Source: a virus | Taxonomy: Duplodnaviria; Caudoviricetes | Length of the DNA stretch: 36,778 bases | IMG/VR virus record: IMGVR_UViG_3300038674_000396 | Span: 1 to 36,778 of that record | Direction: 5' to 3' (one strand) | Part shown: positions 29,226 through 36,659 of the stretch, in pieces | Numbering within the stretch: position 1 is the first letter of the stretch | Layout of the letters: the number at the start of each line of letters is the position of its first letter | Position numbers and translations under genes: made by a program | Notes under the pieces: model-generated | The model's input: the letters and a program-made list of their open reading frames with translations, nothing else | The model's database searches: none | What the model was told of the DNA's origin: nothing

Positions 29226-31181
29226 TCAGTATCGTCCTAGTACGTTCTTATTTGCATAATACATTCCCATGAAGGGTGCAACACCACGCATTCTGAAATC
29301 ATTACAGGTCAAATTCCTCATACCAAATATTGCCCACGCAAGACTGAAAACACAGTCATCCTGTATTCCATAGCGTTCACTCTTTTCTGGTGATCCGTAC
29401 CAGACTTTATCATCGGAGGACTGTTCAAAAGCCATCATTTCCTCTTTAAAGATGTCGTCCATCTTACTGCCAGCAACACCGATAAGAGGGCACTTTAAAC
29501 GCTCAGTGGAAACGATCATGAACATTTCGGAAAACGCCATTCTCTGCCGTTCTATGTTAGGTTGTATAAGCTCAAACTTGATTTCATTCTCTTCAAGGTG
29601 CGGAACTATGTCGAACATGCCCCATCTTTCAGCACAGAACATGTCTAAACCATCGTAAGTTGTGTTACACAGGTTGACAATAGTTTTGATTCCATCAAGG
29701 CTATTATCAATGATGTGATTTATCCCAAGAACTACATAGACGTAGGAGTGAATGGCATTGGGCATATACTGAATTGCGGGATTGGATCTTGATCCCGGCA
29801 ATCCTTTTGCCACAGTAGTTACGATGGTTCTGGCTCCATGAGACACAACTTTCATTGGATCCGCTCGGTCAGTGCCTACGCCTATCACCCAGTCGGTATC
29901 GTAGTAGTTCGTAAATTCGCGCAGTGCCTCAGATGTCGCAATGCTGTTGAAGAGCGTGGCTTCATCTAGCCTACAGATGCGGCTCACAGGGGCCACTACC
30001 CTTTGCATACCGAGCCGAATGCGTGCACGCTCTTCGTTAGACGCCTCCCCCATATCTTCTTGGGTTTTACGCATCATTTCCAGATGCCTCTGAATATTCA
30101 CTGTGTTCGGCTGGGGAGCACCAGAAGGATGCACAGACAATATACGGGTAGCTTCAACCATGTCTTCGCTGAACACTTTGCCGATGCCAGATTCCCAGAC
30201 GTTTCTAAAGTACCTGTCGAACTCAGCGGGCGGGAATTTCAATCGGTAGTCATCAAGCTGGGCCTGAGTCATTTGTGGGTTGAAAAAGTCTTTGTAGGAT
30301 CCCTCTTTTGAGCAGCGATAACTGAAAAATGTCATGGATTTGTGCTTATTTTCGAGCCATGACTGATAAAGTTTGTATAAAATGTGGGTTTTTGCCGATA
30401 CTGTGGAGTCTATAATGCCTAGCGCGTTGGGCATATTTCGAGTAGAACCGTCAAGCTGAACGAAGAATTTGGGGTTTTTCATGTCGAATATTTCTGAAAA
30501 TGTATATCCAGTAATGTTCGACACGATGCCAGAAAAGCTTGAAATACTGCGGATTATAGATATTGTCACGCCACGACTGTTTTGCAGGCGGATTTCTTTC
30601 TCCTGAATGTTCCTTTCGCCCACTACAGCCAGAAGCTTGGGGCTATTCAAGATGATTTCTCGCATAATGTCGTAGTGGACAAACTTGACCTGATCTTTAC
30701 TGTTAGCACCAAGCATGATAGCCTGCTTAGGGAAACAGAAGAACTTCCACAACTGTATCAAGCAAGCTATGAGGGATTTGCCGTCACCACGCATCCAGCA
30801 CAACACTATTACGCGGTATTTGAATCGGCCATTGTGCATCTGTAACGCTTCCATCAGAATAGGCTTCTGCATATCCCAACAGTCTTGATAGCTACGATCT
30901 GTAAGTGGGTTCTTTTCTTTCGGCATGTCACCCATCGGTAGCCACTTGGGTATGTCAGATCCTTCTTCGTAAATGGCCAGATTGATATTATCTTCACACC
31001 ATTGGATAAACCCAGCACCGCCTTGACGCCAGATTTTAAGCTTATCCTTGTAACTCATGCCGCTGGTGTCAACAGTCGGGGGTGGGGTAAAGTCTGTCTC
31101 TATTCGTTCAAGTGGTGCTAACGACATTTCGGAGCGTAGAGCCACTTTCTTCAATACTCGTTGGATGTCTTTCTTCTTCAT
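29226..31181 (-). CDS. terL: Terminase large subunit
   Basis: Walker A VLCWMRGDGKS, GANSKDQ, STVS coupling motif, FDRYFRNVW, nuclease GVGTD and DDCVFSLAWA. Confidence 0.92.
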   Translation of the reverse strand: MKKKDIQRVLKKVALRSEMSLAPLERIETDFTPPPTVDTSGMSYKDKLKIWRQGGAGFIQWCEDNINLAIYEEGSDIPKWLPMGDMPKEKNPLTDRSYQDCWDMQKPILMEALQMHNGRFKYRVIVLCWMRGDGKSLIACLIQLWKFFCFPKQAIMLGANSKDQVKFVHYDIMREIILNSPKLLAVVGERNIQEKEIRLQNSRGVTISIIRSISSFSGIVSNITGYTFSEIFDMKNPKFFVQLDGSTRNMPNALGIIDSTVSAKTHILYKLYQSWLENKHKSMTFFSYRCSKEGSYKDFFNPQMTQAQLDDYRLKFPPAEFDRYFRNVWESGIGKVFSEDMVEATRILSVHPSGAPQPNTVNIQRHLEMMRKTQEDMGEASNEERARIRLGMQRVVAPVSRICRLDEATLFNSIATSEALREFTNYYDTDWVIGVGTDRADPMKVVSHGARTIVTTVAKGLPGSRSNPAIQYMPNAIHSYVYVVLGINHIIDNSLDGIKTIVNLCNTTYDGLDMFCAERWGMFDIVPHLEENEIKFELIQPNIERQRMAFSEMFMIVSTERLKCPLIGVAGSKMDDIFKEEMMAFEQSSDDKVWYGSPEKSERYGIQDDCVFSLAWAIFGMRNLTCNDFRMRGVAPFMGMYYANKNVLGRY

Positions 31182-31183
31182 AA

Positions 31184-31645
31184 CTATTCCATGATCTCAT
31201 CAGCATAAGAGCCGTCGCCTAGCTTAGGGTTCAATGCAGGGAGTGGTTCTTTAAAGCCTAGATTGTTCCACATTTTCTCTATGGCTGATGTTTGTTTGCG
31301 GATTTCAGCGACAATTGGACTCATCTTAATGTCACCTTTTTCCGTTACAAACGTCAGTGATTCCAATGCAGCATACTCAAGCTGCAAATCGAAAAGCACT
31401 GTAAACATGGGGATAAGCAAACAGCCTATCCGCACCCCTTCCTTCGTGTTGAATGTCTTGCCACACACATCTAAGGCAGCTTCGTACACGGCTTTGGTGT
31501 ATTCACGATGGGGCTTGCAGGGTCTCCCCACTTGGAACATGTCGCACTCTTCGGCTACTGGACATCGATCACGGCATGGCTTTGCAAAGGTAAGGGCCAC
31601 AGCCTTGGTATTGAGCATCTGCTTTTTCAATTCTAAACTGGACAT
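31184..31645 (-). CDS. terS: Terminase small subunit (putative) with Cys-rich N-terminus
   Basis: Directly upstream of terL; GDIKMSPIVAEI......MWNNLG resembles P27-type TerS; GGGAGG RBS. Confidence 0.7.
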   Translation of the reverse strand: MSSLELKKQMLNTKAVALTFAKPCRDRCPVAEECDMFQVGRPCKPHREYTKAVYEAALDVCGKTFNTKEGVRIGCLLIPMFTVLFDLQLEYAALESLTFVTEKGDIKMSPIVAEIRKQTSAIEKMWNNLGFKEPLPALNPKLGDGSYADEIME

Positions 31646-31672
31646 ATTGCCTCCCGATAGTTATCGCTATTA

Positions 31673-31701
31673 TCTATAAGGGTTGTTCTGGGGTTTTGCA
31701 A
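31673..31701 (-). promoter_or_regulatory. Possible sigma70-like promoter for the structural operon
   Basis: TTGCAA-N17-TATAGA(TAAT) upstream of terS; the -10 box is imperfect. Confidence 0.35.
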
Positions 31702-31722
31702 CACCGTTTTTCACCAAAATTT

Positions 31723-31811
31723 GGGAATGGATATGGGGATGGGTTTGGGATTGTGCGGATATTGGGGAGGGGGGTTAGGTGAGTATGGGCCTTGGGAAGT
31801 GGGGTATAGGG
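31723..31811 (+). repeat. Cluster of ten G>=3 tracts (G-quadruplex-capable)
   Basis: G runs start at 31723, 31735, 31741, 31747, 31764, 31769, 31787, 31794, 31801 and 31809. Confidence 0.75.
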
Positions 31812-32301
31812 CTATAGATGTGAAGGGTCATTCCTAGTTTCGAATTTTTTGGTACCAGGTGTGGAGGTTTGAGGTGCGTGTTGAAATAGCTATAGATACG
31901 AAATATAGAAGGGTCATTCTTGGTTCCGGAAAATCCGGTTCCACCTGTGGTGGGGTGCTTGACGACAGGCGGCATGGCCTATGTGCTTGAAATTATTGGA
32001 GGGGGGCCTGCTGTTCTTAGCTCTTCTCAGCTCTTTCTATGTTTTCTCGTGAATTGTGAAAAAAGACGTGACAATCGCAGGCATACTAGCATAAAAGAAG
32101 TTCAGTTCATTGATAATTCAAGGCACGGCTCAAAAGTCACTGCACGGCGCACAACGTCGGCGCAAACAAGAGCACGGCAGCACGTAGGCAAAGCGGCTTC
32201 ATTGTGAGGCAAGGCTTGACGCTACGTGAGACAAGCAAGCCTAGCACAAGGCACGGCGCAAGCAAGCACGCCGAAAAATGCAAGCCTAGTGAGTATCGAT
32301 C

Positions 32302-32805
32302 ATGTCTAAGACTAAGAAGAACGCCGAAGCCGTCAACGCTTTCGAAAAGGCTTTGCTTGACGCTTTAAAGGCGCAGGCAATCAAGGCCGATGATGTGCAG
32401 GCCTTGATTGTCAAGGCAGGCTTTGCAGTATCTCAGGCCGAACATGACGAGGCAAAGCCTGTTGACGCAAAAGCGGCTGCATTGTCGGCCTTGTCGGCCT
32501 TTTTGCCTGATCATGCTACGGCATCGGCTGGCACGTTGGCCGATGCTTTCGGCAAGTACTGGCAAGCTATTGCGCCGACACAAGGCGAAGGCCAAGGCAC
32601 AAAGTTCGTTTCGTACTATATCGGCCAGAAGCTTTTAAACGGCGAAGTCGTGAAAAAGGCCGATGTCGTGAAGTATGTTCAAACAGCCAATGCGCCGCAT
32701 TCTGAGAATTATGCCTCAGACGGCCATTACAACAAAATAAAGAAGCTTCTGCGCGATGCAGGCTTTAAGCTTGCAGGCACACAAGGCTCTTTCTGGCTGG
32801 CATAA
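32302..32805 (+). CDS. Hypothetical protein (167 aa), Ala/Lys-rich, possible C-terminal winged helix
   Basis: Protein-like ORF followed by a hairpin; the fold suggestion is an impression only. Confidence 0.8.
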   Translation: MSKTKKNAEAVNAFEKALLDALKAQAIKADDVQALIVKAGFAVSQAEHDEAKPVDAKAAALSALSAFLPDHATASAGTLADAFGKYWQAIAPTQGEGQGTKFVSYYIGQKLLNGEVVKKADVVKYVQTANAPHSENYASDGHYNKIKKLLRDAGFKLAGTQGSFWLA

Positions 32806-32816
32806 ACAATCAACAA

Positions 32817-32842
32817 AGGCAGGCGGCGCAAGTCGCCTGCCT
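32817..32842 (+). other. Intergenic GNRA-loop hairpin
   Basis: AGGCAGGCGGC-GCAA-GTCGCCTGCCT; no U-tract. Confidence 0.75.
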
Positions 32843-32862
32843 CAAACACAAGGCAGGCGAAC

Positions 32863-32997
32863 ATGACTATGGCAGTATATACGCACAAGCGGCCTTCTCT
32901 GGCCGTCACAGTTTTTAGAGGCATCGGCCTAGCTTTAAAGCTAGGCTTTGCGCTAGGCATCGGCTACGTCTACTTAGTAGTAGGCTTTTCGTTGTAA
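32863..32997 (+). CDS. 44-aa small membrane protein (MTMAVYTHKRPSLAVTVFRGIGLALKLGFALGIGYVYLVVGFSL)
   Basis: Not in the ORF track; fills the gap between two hairpins; AGGCAGG upstream; basic N-terminus plus hydrophobic Gly-rich helix. Confidence 0.6.
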   Translation: MTMAVYTHKRPSLAVTVFRGIGLALKLGFALGIGYVYLVVGFSL

Positions 32998-33038
32998 CGT
33001 GTAACGGCGCGGCATGTGGCCGCGCCTTGCGAGCCTTT

Positions 33039-33317
33039 ATGAAAGTTGTTCAAATTATCGGCATAGAGAATCATTTTTCACTAGCAGGCTTCGCGCAGGC
33101 GAAGCACAATAAGTTCAAGCGTGTCGGCATTGAAAATGCCTACTACTTCGCAGACGCGAAGACACGCCTTGTACACGCTATCGCACGGCACGAATCAGGC
33201 CGACGCGCAAACATTCAAATCTTGCTGAATGCCTTTGACGAGACAGGCAAGCGCGTGAATGATTTTGACATGCGCTTGGCTTTGCCTAGCACGCTTCGTC
33301 AATATGCCGCACGCTAA
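33039..33317 (+). CDS. Hypothetical protein (92 aa)
   Basis: ATG 33039 after hairpin 33006-33026; ends just before an intrinsic terminator. Confidence 0.7.
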   Translation: MKVVQIIGIENHFSLAGFAQAKHNKFKRVGIENAYYFADAKTRLVHAIARHESGRRANIQILLNAFDETGKRVNDFDMRLALPSTLRQYAAR

Positions 33318-33321
33318 AAAC

Positions 33322-33349
33322 AAGGCTGGCCGAAAGGCTGGCCTTTTTT
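33322..33349 (+). terminator. Intrinsic terminator closing the island operon
   Basis: AAGGCTGGCC-GAAA-GGCTGGCCTT-TTTT. Confidence 0.85.
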
Positions 33350-33354
33350 GCGCG

Positions 33355-33856
33355 TTGCGCGATTCCTCCCCGCCCCATCCCGCAAATTGCGCGATTCTTG
33401 CGCGATTCCTCCCCTGGCCTACCCTCTCCTGTCCTCCCCGCACTGTTCCGGCTCCGGCCGGACAGGAACTCCGATCCCAGTGGTCGTGGTTCGGTGGGCA
33501 GGAACTCCATTCCCTAGAACATTCCTCTCGGAAGCGGTGGTCCCCACATGAAGTTCCATAAATGGCGGGAATCCGCTGTCCCCACATGGCTTCAGGGTCC
33601 GAGGAATACCGATCCCAGGCCAGCCGGGCAGGTATTCCGTGGTATTGGTACGGGTCAGCCCGGCAGGTATACCTCTCCCTAGGAATATCTTTCCTACAAT
33701 TCTAAGGAACTCCGGCCCCCCAGGTACATTGTGGTCTTCCTATATTGGAAATAAAGCTTTATGGAAGGCCAGGTCCCCACATGAGCATCTGTAATTCGTT
33801 GAAACGGGGACAGGTACACCACGAAAGACCTATAATTGCTGATATATAGGAACTCC
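33355..33856. repeat. Cluster of short dispersed direct repeats
   Basis: TTGCGCGATTC x3 (33355, 33387, 33398), AGGAACTCC x4 (33464, 33500, 33705, 33848), GTCCCCACATG x3 (33540, 33578, 33773), CCGATCCCAG x2 (33471, 33609). Confidence 0.85.
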
Positions 33857-34931
33857 TTACAATATAAATCTATGAGGAAGTGTAGGAAATATAATGAATT
33901 ATTGAATGAACACGAATGGAACTATAAGGATCTGTTAGAATGATTAGAAATAGGAAAGATTTTGTATAGTAGTAGAGAGACTATCTTTGCCTTCCAAACA
34001 ATTATTTTATATTTCCTAGCATTACCACAAATGTTCTTTCAATGAACAGGGATAAATATAAGATTTCCATCAAATATATTCCTGTGCCCGGAATTCCTCA
34101 TAGAATTATCTTCCTGCCTTCTGGATCAGGTATATTTATTGCTCCTAGGGACAGAAATGAGAGTAGAGAATCATTGAATCCCCTACCAGTTACCCAGATC
34201 GGATACGGATGGAACTCCGTGTCCGTAGGGTGGTACTGGTGTACGGAGCGTCCTGTTCGATCCAGCAACAGCCTGCAACACTCAGGAGTATTAGGCTCCT
34301 TCCATCCTAGGATCGGAAGCAGCTTCCGTGGTGTTATAATCCGCAAAGTCTCCGTACCACATGAAGGATGAGGGTAGGGGAGGGCTCCGCTCCGCTTTCT
34401 TTCCTCAGGAATTAATACCTAAAATACATCCAATAGCGCAGGAACTTATAAATACTTCTATAAAATCTGGAATAACTTCTACTCTATCTATCACTAATCT
34501 TCCTAAATCTTCCAATATCTACCTATTTACTACTTTACCTAAACTCTTCAGCTTTCTCCCTTCTATTTCTTTCTCCTTGAAAATTTGTAATGCTCCGCTT
34601 TCTTTCCTCACCGCCAGGAATGAAATCTTGCAGGAATTCTTCTGGAATCACTAGGAATCCCATACCTTCCTATCGGAATACTAGCAGGAATGCTAACTTC
34701 TACCATAAAATCAATATTGATACATCTCCCATTCTTGTTACTACACTTCATAATACTACTATCTACCTTACTCTTACATTTACCATTCTTACTACTTTCC
34801 TTTCAACTCCTATTTACTTTCCTACATTCTTCATCCTTCTCACTCCTTTATTTTTGCTCTTTAGGAACTATTTTCTAGGAATTTAATCCATATCCCTTCT
34901 TCTGCCCATATCTCTATCCATGCTACTATCC

Positions 34932-35034
34932 TTAAAAAAATTTAAAATAAAATTTTTTCCATTGAAAAAACAGATACTTACTGAATGAAAAATATTTTAT
35001 TTCCACTTGCAATTACTGGCTGACTTGCTATTGT
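34932..35034 (+). promoter_or_regulatory. Sigma70-like promoter with extended -10 and AT-rich UP region
   Basis: TTGCAA (35007-35012), N16 ending TGc, TATTGT (35029-35034); A/T tracts upstream. Confidence 0.65.
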
Positions 35035-35039
35035 GTTGA

Positions 35040-35880
35040 CAGTTGATTGATATTTGACAAGGTTCAGAGAGTCGGAGGCCTGCAAGCCTCTCGCTGAGAA
35101 GAATGCTGCTAAACCATTACGCTGCATGTCTTGGTGTCAAAAGCTCTGTGTGACTGAACCGCCGAATAGGGTGAATACTGATTAGGGCTTGTTAGAATCG
35201 ATGCCTATGTGGTTATGCTGACGAAGCATGTACTGCTTGGTTATCACTCGCTGAAATCTGGCTGTCGGAAGTCGTAAAGTCTCACGATAGTTTAGCCTGC
35301 ATCCTTGATCTAGCTTTCTGGCAGTAAACTAGGCTCTCTGGTTATGCTGTGAGTAGGCTACGATGGCTGGAAAATAGGCGACTAGCAAGAACGATCAGTA
35401 CCTACTCGGCCTCTGGCCTTGATCGCCACGAGGATACGCTATTTGACAAATGAGACTGCAGGAATATGAAAGCAGACATGCGATGAGGATTCTTATCGAC
35501 ATTACAACACTCGCATCTGCTAGGCGAAAAGGACATCTTACTGTGTTGCAGCAGTGTAAGAATGTTCGCCTGCACCAATGAATGCAGCTAGTCATGCTGC
35601 CACTCCCATTGTAGACGTACAGCGTGGACAATCACTCTTCTGTTAGACTTGGTTGTCGCCTGAATATCATTGCTCTCTGGGGGTGCTCTAACATTGGCTG
35701 ATGTTTAATTGAACAGTACGAGCACACTAAAGGGGCTGCAAGCTTATCGCTAGATAAACTGCCAGAATCTTAGCTTCCTTCTCTTTAGATTGCTAGAAAC
35801 AGTAAGCAAGGCTTAATCGCGGCTTCCTTTAGTAAAGCAATACTTGCAAATACCTAGTAGATTGAACTGCAACAGCTAGA
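35040..35880 (+). ncRNA. Candidate large structured non-coding RNA (~0.85 kb)
   Basis: No credible ORF; promoter upstream and terminator downstream; 5' and 3' ends complementary; more than ten local and long-range helices. Confidence 0.7.
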
Positions 35881-35885
35881 CAACA

Positions 35886-35927
35886 AAAGGCCACGATTCC
35901 ATTGTGTTTCGTGGCCTTTCTTATTTT
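35886..35927 (+). terminator. Intrinsic terminator after the candidate ncRNA
   Basis: AAAGGCCACGA (35886-35896) / TCGTGGCCTTT (35909-35919) followed by CTTATTTT. Confidence 0.75.
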
Positions 35928-36007
35928 AGAAGGCTTGAGAATGATCAAGACTTCCATAAATAAGGCTGTCTTACAATTCCATCAACTTTAACAGAGTGAG
36001 GTTTGCC

Positions 36008-36244
36008 ATGACAGCGCGAGGCGGCAACATTCCTAGTTGTCAAGTGACGAGAGGGTTTGGCAATGAAGATATTCCTGCAAGCACCATGCGGGAATGTAAG
36101 AGATTGACTAGGGCTGCTGAAGCTATGTGGGAGCGTCAAGCTAAACCACGTAACTGCAAGCCCATTGTGTTGAAGGCCCAGACTGAACGAGCCCAGAAAA
36201 ACAAACGCAGACGCAATTCCGTGGCTGCTAACTCAAAGCCCTAG
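36008..36244 (+). CDS. Hypothetical basic protein (78 aa)
   Basis: GAGGT RBS before ATG 36008; stop adjacent to the next RBS. Confidence 0.65.
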   Translation: MTARGGNIPSCQVTRGFGNEDIPASTMRECKRLTRAAEAMWERQAKPRNCKPIVLKAQTERAQKNKRRRNSVAANSKP

Positions 36245-36252
36245 GAGGCACT

Positions 36253-36573
36253 ATGAAATCGGTTATCTTCACTGACGCAACCTTCGATCAGATGTTCTTC
36301 AACACAGGCATTCCGATGGAAGAGCATGTGTTGTGTTGCGGCAAATTCCTCATCAAGGAAGCCACTGAGGAAGCTGAAAACTTTATCAACGAGTCCATGG
36401 CCGCTGGTCGTTCAGTGGATGTCTGCATCGCTGAAGACTCCGACTGGTATGCTGGCGACGGTTATGGCATCAACAGGTGTTTGCTGTCTGACCGTGAGTG
36501 GGACACATACTATATCATAAAGAAGTCCAACAATGGTGACTTTTGGTACGTTAAGTTGGAAATGATCGATTAG
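36253..36573 (+). CDS. Hypothetical acidic protein (106 aa)
   Basis: AGGAGG RBS and ATG start. Confidence 0.8.
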   Translation: MKSVIFTDATFDQMFFNTGIPMEEHVLCCGKFLIKEATEEAENFINESMAAGRSVDVCIAEDSDWYAGDGYGINRCLLSDREWDTYYIIKKSNNGDFWYVKLEMID

Positions 36574-36575
36574 GG

Positions 36576-36624
36576 TGTCTTCTCAGGAGCACAAGGCTTC
36601 GGCTTTGTGCTCATTATGAAGGCA
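36576..36624 (+). other. Long intergenic stem-loop with cUUCGg tetraloop
   Basis: GAGCACAAGGC-TTCG-GCTTTGTGCTC extended past an internal loop by TGTCTTC/GAAGGCA. Confidence 0.75.
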
Positions 36625-36659
36625 ATCTTGCCGATGAACCTATAACAAATGAGGTAGTT

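Larger units (their letters stand above)
32007..33364. other. Island lacking GGA/GGG/GGT on both strands
   Basis: Manual scan: all ~70 GG are GGC and all CC are GCC. Confidence 0.9.

Noticed and set aside
32007-33364. Island as an insertion sequence or simple foreign DNA
   Set aside because: No transposase, terminal inverted repeats or target duplication seen; the absolute trinucleotide rule also holds in non-coding parts, so codon bias alone does not explain it.
33355-33856. CRISPR array
   Set aside because: Repeats are 9-17 bp, of several families and irregularly spaced; no cas genes.
33195-34886. Short ORFs in the repeat and skewed region
   Set aside because: They overlap on both strands, are low-complexity and lack convincing RBSs; explained by base composition.
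35218-35257. Hammerhead ribozyme (CTGACGA...GAAA)
   Set aside because: GAAA does not directly follow the stem after CTGACGA, and stems I and III could not be built.
35395-35631. 78-aa minus-strand ORF within the candidate RNA
   Set aside because: No RBS, atypical composition and opposite to the promoter/terminator orientation.
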